A program made the position numbers and the translations under genes. Below the pieces are notes generated by a model. The model worked only from the letters and a program-made list of their open reading frames with translations, was not told where the DNA came from and searched no databases. Below, piece after piece: positions 1-9,095 of a stretch of 23,612 bases of DNA. Origin of the DNA: a bacterium (GTDB taxonomy: Bacteria > Muiribacteriota > UBA6191). Position 1 is the first letter of the stretch; every line of letters begins with the position of its first letter. The DNA lies in contig JAYZAC010000119.1 in the NCBI GenBank assembly GCA_036339875.1, forward strand, positions 1 through 23,612, in the 5' to 3' direction.

Positions 1-52
1 CTCCCGGAAATAAGCAACTACGTCCAATTATGGCTATCGGTTCGCGACTCAT
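1..52 (-). CDS. 5' end of a ketosynthase-containing PUFA synthase subunit (PfaBC/PfaC-like), truncated by the window edge
   Basis: Not in ORF track. ATG at 52 directly follows the TAG (55-53) of the KR-DH ORF, with purine-rich GAGAGGGAAAGG upstream. Reads MSREPIAIIGRSCLFPG, the typical KS N-terminal motif (compare IAIVGMSCLFP in PfaA). Confidence 0.8.
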   Translation of the reverse strand, partial: MSREPIAIIGRSCLFPG

Positions 53-2607
53 CTATGCCTTTCCCTCTCGCTTGCTCGCGGTGGTAAAAGCATTAAAACT
101 TTCGTTGAAGATAGCTTTCCAGCCTCTTCCATATGCAAGAATATCATCATCATCATTCGTGAACCAAAAATCCACACTTGTACTGAAGGAAGCCTTATTA
201 AGTTTATCTATCTTCAAATAACAACGAACTTCTGAACCATCAAAAGGCTGTAATTGAACATACTCCTTGAGACCTTGCGGAATTCCGATACACCCTTGAG
301 TCTCTCCAAGCCAAATTAGACCCAATTGAGCCATTCCATCTAAGACACGCGGATCAGTTATCCAATCAGAATAAGGTGAATCAACTACCAGGTCTTTTGG
401 TACAGATGTTTTTATCGTAGCAACTAATCCAGAATCGCTAATACCTTCAATTGATCTTATACATTGTAAACTCGGTCCATGAAACAAATATCGATCGTAG
501 GCATCATCGAGGCTTATCTTCAATCTATCTTTATCTAGACCCGAGGGAGGGTCTTGCGGTGTTACATAACTCAATCCTAAAATAACATCTGCTTCATAGC
601 TCAAGATTTTCTTACCTTTTGAAATTTCGTAAGCTTTTATACTTACTGTCCTGCCTTCAACATCACTCAAGGATATGTCTTCACACTCCATATGAAGTTC
701 TCCAGGGCCATCAGGGAAACTCAAACCATGATGTACTTTTAAGTCATTTATGGAGGTTAAGTTAAGATTAGGAAACATATCTGACGCAGCCTGAGCCAAA
801 AACTCAAGAACCATTGCCATAGGTAATACAGGGTCTTTGAGTACATGATCTCTCAAGACTGGTTCCTCCTTGGGATTTAGACTGAGAGAAACTCTTAGTG
901 GTGTCCGAACAGTACCACTCTCTCCCTGAGATAATTCAAGACCATGTTTACCGCCAAGAATAATCTCTCTCGTTTGAGGACTACCATGCAAAATTTCATG
1001 AGTAAAAAAATCTGCTCCAACTGATGGTGGAATTAGAACTACACCCTCGGCTTCAAATTTTCGAGCCAATTCAGGTGTGACCATACCGCCAGCTAGAGCG
1101 CCCCAATCGATAGCTAAAAATCGACAATTTGAAAGGGGATTCTGAAGACAAAACTGAGACAAGATTTCATTAGCTACAGCATAGTCAGATTGACCTACAT
1201 TGCCAAATTTACCTGCCACAGATGAAAACATAATAACTAGTCTCAATTGATCATGATCAAGACTTTCAAAAAGACGAGCTAGACCCAATACCTTTGTGGA
1301 TAAAACCTGCTGAAACTGATCTAATGTTTTATCAGACACAAATTTATCTCTTAAAACACCAGCTCCGTGGATTAAACCTCTAATCGGTCCTAACTCATTA
1401 GTGACTTCTGAAAAAACAGTCTTTAAGGATGCTACATCCTGAACATCAACACTGTAATATTTAGCTTGGCAACCACAATTAGTTAATGCTTTGATTTGCT
1501 CTTGGATTTCATCTACTGCCGCTTTTTTATTTGCAAGTCTTTCAACTTCACGAGGCGTAACTTTAGCTCCGCTAGCCTTTAATGCCGCAAATATTTTGGT
1601 TTTTAATTCGTTTGTGGTTAACCCTGGGGCAAAATCAAAATCTTTTAACTCTGGTACCTCTAGGGGACTGCGACCCAACAGAACAAATTTCAGTGGCAAT
1701 TTAGATCCTAAATCTCTGACCATTGTTGCTGTTATTCCTCGGGCTCCGCCGGTTACTACAACTACATCGTTTGGTTTCAACTGTAAATCTGTAACAGAAT
1801 CTTGTTGTAAGGGTTGATTAGGATGCTCTAATACTGGGACCTGAGTCCAACGTTCATCAAGCTTATAACCAACTTCCTCAAATCCGTGGTTCTGTTGCAA
1901 TTCAAGCAGTAATTGGCCTGCTCTATCTTCAGCAGACACATCCTCACTGTACGGCTCAAAATCTAAAATTCGACAATGAATTTCTGGATGTTCTTTAGCG
2001 AAACATCTAAGGAATCCGCCCAATCCAGACTGGGCTTCCCATACTTTTTCATGTTTTTCTAATCCAAAATGACCCCCACGAGCTGTCACTTGAAAAAAGT
2101 TTTTATTTGAAGCCGTAGATTTTATTAGAGATTGAGCTACTCGAAAAGCAGAAAAAATATGCGTATCCAATAATTCAGCTAATCGTTCACTAGATTGAGA
2201 CAGTAGTCCATCAGTTAATCCTGAGCCAGCTAAATGAATTACTGTTTGGTAATTAGAGTTCTCTAGTATGCCATCAAGTTGCTCTATGCTACTAAAACGA
2301 GTGATATCTTGATCTACAGAGGGAACTTCGTGACCACTTTCAACGATCAAAAGCTTGGCTACTAGACCCTCAGCTTTTAAGCTTCTCTGAACAAATAAAC
2401 CTGCTTCTGAGCAATCGTCTAAAATCAAATACGGCCCAGAAGGTAGAGTTTTTAAATCTTCCTCTCTAACTGGAGACAAACGTCTTAATTGAGCTACAAA
2501 ACGTCCTATTTTACTATCACGGAGCTGAAGATACTTTGAAACGTTGGTCGAGGACCCCGCTGTCAGATCTTTCTGAGACTGAACTATACCAGCTGTCTTT
2601 TTTTTTT
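53..2607 (-). CDS. pfaA: PfaA C-terminal part: ketoreductase plus PKS-type dehydratase. Probably translated as a fusion with the upstream ORF through the A10 run
   Basis: KR motifs VVTGGARGIT, HGAGVLRDK, SSVAGKFGNVGQSDYAVAN; DH motifs DHVLKDPVLPMA, LFHGPSLQ, LDGMAQ. The track start (TTG 2479) has no nearby SD, and the frame stays open upstream to 2626, across the A10 run. Confidence 0.85.
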
Positions 2608-5600
2608 CTCTCCAATAGCAATCACATCATCGAGAGCACCGCCAAGATGTTTTGCTAAATCTTCAATTGTTTTCAAAACGCCCATTTCACCAGGTCCAAC
2701 TGTTGGAGCTTGGGGAAACTTTTCTTGTATAGCACCCAAAATCTCAACTCGTCGAATACTATCAACTGCAAGATCACTTTCAAGATCCATATCAGGAGTC
2801 AGCATTTCGAGTGGAAAACCAGTTTTGTCACTGATGACATCCAATAAACCTCTTAAAATTTCACCTGCTGTACCTGAACTAGAAGAATCAATTGCTATCG
2901 CTGTAGGAACACTAGAGTGCTGAGGATTATTACCTTCGTCCAAATAATTTACAATATCTTCGATACTTTGGAGCACACCCAGCTGCTCAGGACCTACAGT
3001 AGGTGCCTTGGGAAATTGTTCCTGCACAGCTCCAAGAATTTCTACTCTACGAATTGAGTCAACTGCAAGGTCTTCTTCTAATTTCATATCGGGAGTGATC
3101 ATCTCAAGAGGAAAGCCTGTTTTATCAGAAATTGTCTGGATGAGAAATTCAGAAATTTTACCACCTAAATTATCTGTTTGAACTGTTGGGGTTGAAGTCG
3201 AGGAATTAACAGTTTCAGCTACTGGACTTGAACCTTGATTTCCCGAGGATAAAAAGTCAGCTATATCACCAACAGATTTCAGCACTCCCAATTGGCTAGG
3301 TCCAATAGTAGGTGCGTTGGGAAAATTCTCTTGAACAGCTCCCAAAATTTCGACTCTTCTAATACTATCGACCGCAAGATCTTCCTCAAGATCCATGCCA
3401 GGCTCGATCATTTCCTGAGGGAATCCAGTTTTTTCAGCTATTGTTGAGATTAAGTAATCTTGAATCTCATTGGAATTAGTCTGAGATTCTATCTTAGAAC
3501 TCGTAATAGCCGAAGCTGTATCTACTTCTCTATTCAATTTTGGCAATGTAAAGGGGCTCGAAGCGGCTTGGGGCTGCTCTTGGTCGGTTTCAAACATCGC
3601 CGAAAGTAGACTACCATTCTTCTCAGAGTGACTTGCAACCTTTTGTTCTGGACTTTTCCAACCACTGGCACTGCTGATTTCCGGCTTGACTGTCCCATGG
3701 TTAACTTCTGTCTGTTTAGATAAATGGGGCTGTGGAGCTCTATTTACAGCAACACTCAAAGCAGAATTCTCTACAGGAGCATGAAACGCCTCATACTGAG
3801 GCTCAGAATACTCAATGGGGCTATACTCAATCTCGGGCTCAGCAGACATAATTGCCTGATTATCATCGAAAACCATTCTCTCGAATAATCGGTTAGCATC
3901 ACTTTGCATTTGTAAAAATTGCTCGTGTACCTCTAGCATCTTAAACCGGTAATCATTGTACTCTTCAATAACGCCTTTGGTTTGCTTGATGGTTTTCTTA
4001 CTCATAATCTTTCCTTCGGAGCGCCGAACTGGAACTCGGTACTTGGGAGCACTAGACTTTCCCTTGACTGCTTTTTGGGCAACAGGAGACTTCACAACCC
4101 CCCCAGTTGCTCTTGAAAGAGGCTGTGATGGTACCTGCACTTTTGATTTTTGTAAATCACTTTGAAGGTTCTTTAGTTTCTTTTCTAACTCACTTTTTTG
4201 TTGATTAACGGTCTTCAGTTCATTCTTTAAGCTAGAAATCTGGAGTGTGTGTTGAGAATCCGCCTCTTTTAAACGAGTCTTTAGCTCTTTTTCAGCTATT
4301 TTCTGACTTACTTCTACCTGTTGAGTGATTATAGAGTCCAACTGCACATTTCCAGGTTTCATCGGAACCTGTCTCATCTCAGGCCGTAAAAAATTTGCTC
4401 CATTTAACTGAACGGTTACTGGGCTCATTTTACGCTTTAATGGAAATGCCTCGACTTTTTCACCAATTGCCTCAGAATTAAGTTGTACTTTACCCATAGC
4501 TGCCAAATGGGCCAAACAAGTTGTTAGCGGAGTGAAACGCTTACGTAGATCAATCTCTTGATCGCTTGTCTTTAGTTCACCCGCATCGATACTTAATACC
4601 ACGTGAGGCTCATTTTCAAGAATCTGTCCTACCAAGCGACCTAATACACCTGAAGGTCCGGTTTCCACAAATATTCGGCAACCATCATCGACCATCTTTC
4701 TAATCATCTTCTCAAATTGGACGCTCTCTCGTAGTTGCCTGGCTAAAAGATTAGCTTTTTCCTTCTGAGCCTTAGGAAATACATCAGTAATTGTATTGGA
4801 ATAGACCGGAATCAAGCCTTCGTTAAATTTAACGTTCTTCAACTCTTTGGCAAAGCTTTCACTCGCTTCTTGCATTAAACTTGAATGAAATGCAGCTCCT
4901 ACCGCGAGTCTTACGGACCTCAAATTAGCTTTATTCAAATGAGACTCAGCCGCATCAATGGCTGCAACAGTTCCAGATAAAACAACTTGCTCTGGGCTGT
5001 TGTAATTTGCAACCTCGATTAAATTTTCTGATTTATCGATCGGAGCAATTGCCTCAAGAACCTTTTCTTTTGGCGCTAGAACCGCAAGCATTGCGCCACC
5101 TTGCTTATCATTACATTCACGCATCAACTCACCTCGACGACGAGTCAGCTTCATATATGAATCAAAATCTAGAACATCTGCTGCATGTAACGCAGTCAAT
5201 TCTCCGTAACTATGTCCCGCGACAGCATCTACCTGTAATCCAATATTTTTAAGCACTTTGTAGGCTGCTAAATTTGCGAATGATAAGCCAGCTTGGGTAT
5301 TATCCGTTCTGGTTAAATATTGTCTTTGTTCCTCAAGATCTTTTGTATCAAAAGCGGCCATAGGATAAACAATATCATTTAGAGATTTCAGACCGTTTGA
5401 AGTTCGCCATAGATTGACTTTCTGTAACACGTCCTGTGCTTCAGCGCGATGCGCAATCAACTCCCGCATCATTCCAGGATACTGAGACCCTTGTCCCGGA
5501 AATAGTACAGCTACTTTAGCATCTTGAAATTCCTCACCAGGGAGAAAGAAAATTCCACTTCTAGTGCTGAGTGTTCGACCAGGGTGATTTTTTAGATGTG

Positions 5601-7257
5601 TTACTAATTCTGAAAGTTTTGTTTCCAAGTCTGTCATATCGGTTACAACTAAACTAGCTTTACAAGGATTGTCATGACTAAACTTTGTACGAAGATATGA
5701 ACAAAGCTCTCTTAGCGAGCTAACCGCATTGAGACGTGTAAGTAAATCTTCCATTTGAAGAATTAGAGCATCTACGTTTTTATCTGAAAATGGTACAAAA
5801 TCCACACCAGTATTCAAAAGAGATACAAATTTTTCTTCATTATGCTGCTCTAAAAGAACATGAAAATTAGTACCACCAAATCCAAAGGCACTCGTTCCGG
5901 CTCGGCGCTTGTGACCTTCGTCATTGTGAGTCCAAGGACGTAACTCTGAATTTAAGTAAAAAGGTGATGTTTCGATTTCCATTGCCGGATTAGGCTTCTG
6001 CACATTAATAGTGGGCGGCAGTACATGGTGATAGATTGATAAAGCAGCCTTCATAACTCCCGCAATACCTGCACTGGCCTTTGAATGACCGATCTGCGAT
6101 TTTACGGAGCCAATAGCACACCATTTTTCATTTTGAGATTGATCACCATATACGAACTTTAATCCGTTAAACTCTTTCATATCTCCCACAGGAGTTCCTG
6201 TACCGTGAGCTTCTAAGAGTTCAATGTCTCGGGGGGTAACACCGCCCAATTCGTAGGCTTGTTTTACAGCTTTTGCCTGACCTTCACTAACGGGCTGATA
6301 TATACTTTTACCACGACCATCGGAAGAAGATCCAATTGAACGCATCACAGCATATATTTTATCTCCATCACGCAAAGCATCTTGATAGCGCTTCAGAACC
6401 ATCAAACCAATTCCCTCAGCGATTAAAATTCCATCACTAGAGGCATCAAAAGGTCTACTCTTGCCTTCCTTAGAAAACGCCGGTGTTTTTGAAAAGCACA
6501 TATACATGAATATGTTATTTTCCGTATCGACACCTCCGGTAATAGCCATATCACAAGTGCCCGTTAAAAGTGCATCGGCAGCCATTTTGACAGCTCCTAA
6601 GGCAGAGGCACACGCAGCATCAATTACACAATTTGTCCCACCTAGATTTAGATGAGATGCAATGCGACCTGATACCACATTACCTAATACTCCTGGAAAA
6701 GAATTTTCCTGCCAAATCGGATAACTGTCTCTATACTGCTTTGTAATAGAATCGCGCATTTCCGCAGGTATGCCATGTTGCTCAAGAACCTTATCAATTA
6801 CTGGATAACTTAAACGCTTGTTAAGTGGTGTAGTAAGTTCTGTAATGGATGTCGTACCAACAATGGCTGCACAGCGATCTCGATCGAATTCTCTACCCCC
6901 ATCATCTGAGAGATAACCAGCATCTTTGAGAGCTTCTCGAGCAACTTTCATTCCTAGAAGTTGGGCTGTATCAATAACATCTAAATCTTTTGGACCGATT
7001 CCATACTGCATTGGATCAAATTCAACAAATGGTAAAAAACCACCGCGCTTACAATAAGTTTTATCAGGATCCTTTAAGTCTTCAGAAAAATAATCTTTAG
7101 GGTCCCAATGAGTCTCGGGTATATCACTAATGCAATCTTTTTTAGATACAATATTAGTCCAAAATTCATTTAGATTACGAGCCTTTGGAAAAAGGCAGGA
7201 CATTCCTACTATGGCAATGTCTCGATCTTTGATTACGGGAATAGATTTTTTGCTCAT
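2584..7257 (-). CDS. pfaA: PfaA N-terminal part: KS - malonyl/acyl transferase - coiled-coil/linker - three tandem ACPs (1557 aa if terminated at TAG 2586-2584)
   Basis: KS catalytic motifs DAACASAL, EAHGTGT, GHSKASAG; MAT motifs FPGQGSQ, GHSYGE, AFHS; three LAVDSIRRVEIL ACP motifs. Start placed at ATG 7257 (ATGA overlap with the pfaD stop, GGAG 8 nt upstream) rather than GTG 7266. Confidence 0.92.
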   Translation of the reverse strand: MSKKSIPVIKDRDIAIVGMSCLFPKARNLNEFWTNIVSKKDCISDIPETHWDPKDYFSEDLKDPDKTYCKRGGFLPFVEFDPMQYGIGPKDLDVIDTAQLLGMKVAREALKDAGYLSDDGGREFDRDRCAAIVGTTSITELTTPLNKRLSYPVIDKVLEQHGIPAEMRDSITKQYRDSYPIWQENSFPGVLGNVVSGRIASHLNLGGTNCVIDAACASALGAVKMAADALLTGTCDMAITGGVDTENNIFMYMCFSKTPAFSKEGKSRPFDASSDGILIAEGIGLMVLKRYQDALRDGDKIYAVMRSIGSSSDGRGKSIYQPVSEGQAKAVKQAYELGGVTPRDIELLEAHGTGTPVGDMKEFNGLKFVYGDQSQNEKWCAIGSVKSQIGHSKASAGIAGVMKAALSIYHHVLPPTINVQKPNPAMEIETSPFYLNSELRPWTHNDEGHKRRAGTSAFGFGGTNFHVLLEQHNEEKFVSLLNTGVDFVPFSDKNVDALILQMEDLLTRLNAVSSLRELCSYLRTKFSHDNPCKASLVVTDMTDLETKLSELVTHLKNHPGRTLSTRSGIFFLPGEEFQDAKVAVLFPGQGSQYPGMMRELIAHRAEAQDVLQKVNLWRTSNGLKSLNDIVYPMAAFDTKDLEEQRQYLTRTDNTQAGLSFANLAAYKVLKNIGLQVDAVAGHSYGELTALHAADVLDFDSYMKLTRRRGELMRECNDKQGGAMLAVLAPKEKVLEAIAPIDKSENLIEVANYNSPEQVVLSGTVAAIDAAESHLNKANLRSVRLAVGAAFHSSLMQEASESFAKELKNVKFNEGLIPVYSNTITDVFPKAQKEKANLLARQLRESVQFEKMIRKMVDDGCRIFVETGPSGVLGRLVGQILENEPHVVLSIDAGELKTSDQEIDLRKRFTPLTTCLAHLAAMGKVQLNSEAIGEKVEAFPLKRKMSPVTVQLNGANFLRPEMRQVPMKPGNVQLDSIITQQVEVSQKIAEKELKTRLKEADSQHTLQISSLKNELKTVNQQKSELEKKLKNLQSDLQKSKVQVPSQPLSRATGGVVKSPVAQKAVKGKSSAPKYRVPVRRSEGKIMSKKTIKQTKGVIEEYNDYRFKMLEVHEQFLQMQSDANRLFERMVFDDNQAIMSAEPEIEYSPIEYSEPQYEAFHAPVENSALSVAVNRAPQPHLSKQTEVNHGTVKPEISSASGWKSPEQKVASHSEKNGSLLSAMFETDQEQPQAASSPFTLPKLNREVDTASAITSSKIESQTNSNEIQDYLISTIAEKTGFPQEMIEPGMDLEEDLAVDSIRRVEILGAVQENFPNAPTIGPSQLGVLKSVGDIADFLSSGNQGSSPVAETVNSSTSTPTVQTDNLGGKISEFLIQTISDKTGFPLEMITPDMKLEEDLAVDSIRRVEILGAVQEQFPKAPTVGPEQLGVLQSIEDIVNYLDEGNNPQHSSVPTAIAIDSSSSGTAGEILRGLLDVISDKTGFPLEMLTPDMDLESDLAVDSIRRVEILGAIQEKFPQAPTVGPGEMGVLKTIEDLAKHLGGALDDVIAIGEKKKRQLV
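2598..2607 (-). other. A10 homopolymer, candidate slippery site (GAG AAA AAA AAA AGA) linking the two pfaA reading frames
   Basis: Ten T on the plus strand at 2598-2607. The zero frame stops four codons later (RQLV-TAG). The -1 frame reads KKTAGIVQSQKDLTAG... without a stop into the KR-DH ORF. Confidence 0.75.
2640..3470 (-). repeat. Three diverged tandem ACP-domain repeats within pfaA (about 3250-3470, 2935-3160, 2640-2860)
   Basis: Repeated KTGFP.EM..P.M.LE.DLAVDSIRRVEILGA.QE.FP.APT.GP...GVL units separated by Ser/Thr-rich linkers. Boundaries approximate. Confidence 0.9.
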
Positions 7258-8861
7258 AACCAACACTCCATACCTTCGCCAGGCTTGATCGATTCCAATT
7301 CAGGTGCTAGTGAAACGCCTGCCTGTTTCAAAGTTTGTAGGCGAATCAAAATCGCCGCTCCCGACAGTAATTTGTGTGCAATTGATACCACGCTACGATT
7401 TTTAGCTTCCTCAAATTCCGTTCCACGAACCCATTCGTTATAGGCTCCCTGTGCAGGACCTGCCCAAACTTGATAATCCATTTTTCTAGAAGGCTCACCC
7501 GAGATGGCCCACAAACTCGATTTGCCAAGATACCACCGAAAAATCAAGGCCATTTTATGCTTCGGATCCTTGGCGGCCTTTACAAGCTGAGATGGATCTC
7601 TATCCTGAAAAAACGATTCTGTTTCGTCCCAGACTTCAGCTAATGTTTTTTGAAATACTTGTTTCTCGATTTTGATTCTTTCAGCCTGAGGGATTTCATC
7701 TATGTGTGCATAAGCTTGATACAGGTTGTAAAGCTTTTGCGCTCGCATTGCAAACATACTACCTTTTTTCAGGACCTGTAATTTAACGCCCATTTCAAAC
7801 ATATCAGCTGCTGGTGCCATAATTACGTCGTGCGGTTCAACCTTGGTGAGTGCCTCTTTTACAAAATCTGATGTACCAGCCTCTGTAGCCGCCTGATTAA
7901 TAGATCCCGTCATTACATAACTTGCACCCATGGAAAAAGCAGCTTGGACACTCTGAGGTGTTGAAATGCCTCCAGAAGCACCTACTCTGATTCTATTACT
8001 GAAGCCATATTTTTCCATTGCCACGTCACGTAGGTTTATAAAAGTCGGCAATAAGGTAACAAGTGGTCGATTGTCTGTATGGCCTCCTGAGTCCGCCTCA
8101 GCGGTAATATCTTCCGCAACAGGAACGAACTGGGAAAGCTCTGCTTCTTCGGCAGTAATTTTCCCTAATTTTAATAGTTCATTTACCATATTTAGTGGAG
8201 CAGGAGCCATGAACTGACGAGCCACTTCGCTTCGAGATAATTTGGCAAAGATATGATTTTTGGCAACTACTTTACCGTTCTCATTACGATGTAGACCTTT
8301 CAAACGATAATGCAAAAGGTAGCTGGTTAATCCTAGATATGCACTGGCCGAAACTCTAGTTATTCCATGCTCCAAATACATGTCGACAGTAGCTTCTTCT
8401 ATGCTAGGCTCAAAAGGATTATGCAAAAGATTGAAGCCATATGGACGATCGCCTAATTCAGACTGAATTCTATGAATTGCTTCTTTAACTTTCCTCGGAT
8501 GCAAACCACCAGCTCCGAAAAATCCTAACATTCCCGCCTTACCCATTGCGATACAGATTTCAGCACTGCCAATTCCATTTGCCATAGCGCCGGCAACATA
8601 AGCAGCATTAACGTTATGAGCCCTACAAAACTCCGAGTCACCCAGTTGATTTGGATTAATAGCAGGAAGAAAACTGACAAACTCCACCTCACTATCTAAG
8701 TTGGAAGAGGACGGATGTTCAGCCAAACTATACTGTTGATCTCGCTTTAAAACTAGATAAGATTGACGTAAATCAAATAACGCCTTACGCAATTTCGCTG
8801 TATCAGTAAATTTGGTCTCTTGGTCTAAATTGTTCGATACGAATGTGGTTGGATATATCAT
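7254..8861 (-). CDS. pfaD: PfaD-family FMN-dependent enoyl-ACP reductase
   Basis: YVAGAMANGI, GFFGAGGL, SASAYLGLT, AEADSGGHTDNRP, APAADMFEMGVKLQVLK, FRWYLG and DYQVWAGPA are hallmark PfaD motifs. Confidence 0.95.
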   Translation of the reverse strand: MIYPTTFVSNNLDQETKFTDTAKLRKALFDLRQSYLVLKRDQQYSLAEHPSSSNLDSEVEFVSFLPAINPNQLGDSEFCRAHNVNAAYVAGAMANGIGSAEICIAMGKAGMLGFFGAGGLHPRKVKEAIHRIQSELGDRPYGFNLLHNPFEPSIEEATVDMYLEHGITRVSASAYLGLTSYLLHYRLKGLHRNENGKVVAKNHIFAKLSRSEVARQFMAPAPLNMVNELLKLGKITAEEAELSQFVPVAEDITAEADSGGHTDNRPLVTLLPTFINLRDVAMEKYGFSNRIRVGASGGISTPQSVQAAFSMGASYVMTGSINQAATEAGTSDFVKEALTKVEPHDVIMAPAADMFEMGVKLQVLKKGSMFAMRAQKLYNLYQAYAHIDEIPQAERIKIEKQVFQKTLAEVWDETESFFQDRDPSQLVKAAKDPKHKMALIFRWYLGKSSLWAISGEPSRKMDYQVWAGPAQGAYNEWVRGTEFEEAKNRSVVSIAHKLLSGAAILIRLQTLKQAGVSLAPELESIKPGEGMECWL

Positions 8862-9095
8862 ACTCTATTTGGTTCAAGGCTAAAAGGTAGAAAAACACCC
8901 ATGGAAAACCGCTGAATACTAATGCATATAAGACCTACGATCAATCATTTTTTCTAACAGTAGAGCGATTCTTTTATGGTTTTTATTATTTTTAATTGAA
9001 AGTACATTGAGTTTTCCGATCAAACATGTTTTTTTATAGAGCTATTTTATGGGGTCTTCGTTTTGGGAGTCCTCTAGTAACGGGGTATAAAATTC
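8862..9095. promoter_or_regulatory. Divergent AT-rich intergenic region expected to hold the pfa and ole promoters
   Basis: 234 bp non-coding stretch between the divergent starts of pfaD and oleA. I could not assign convincing -35/-10 pairs. Confidence 0.5.

Noticed and set aside
53..2479. Independent KR-DH gene starting at TTG 2479
   Set aside because: No SD at suitable spacing and the frame continues upstream through the A10 run. Not excluded, but less parsimonious.
2640..3470. Repeats as a CRISPR array or mobile-element repeats
   Set aside because: They are in-frame protein domain repeats (ACPs) diverged at synonymous positions.
53..7257. Calling pfaA a pseudogene
   Set aside because: Only one frame break, at a homopolymer in a linker. 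All catalytic motifs are intact and neighbouring pathway genes are complete.
30..8217. Short ORFs at 30, 1491, 3956, 5007, 6461, 7966 (plus) and 7346-7528 (minus)
   Set aside because: Antisense or out-of-frame shadows of well-supported pfa genes, with no recognisable motifs.
9051..9074. Imperfect hairpin GGGGTCTTC...GGGAGTCCTC upstream of oleA as a riboswitch or attenuator
   Set aside because: Short, with a mismatch and G-U pairs, no U tract and no recognisable aptamer motif.
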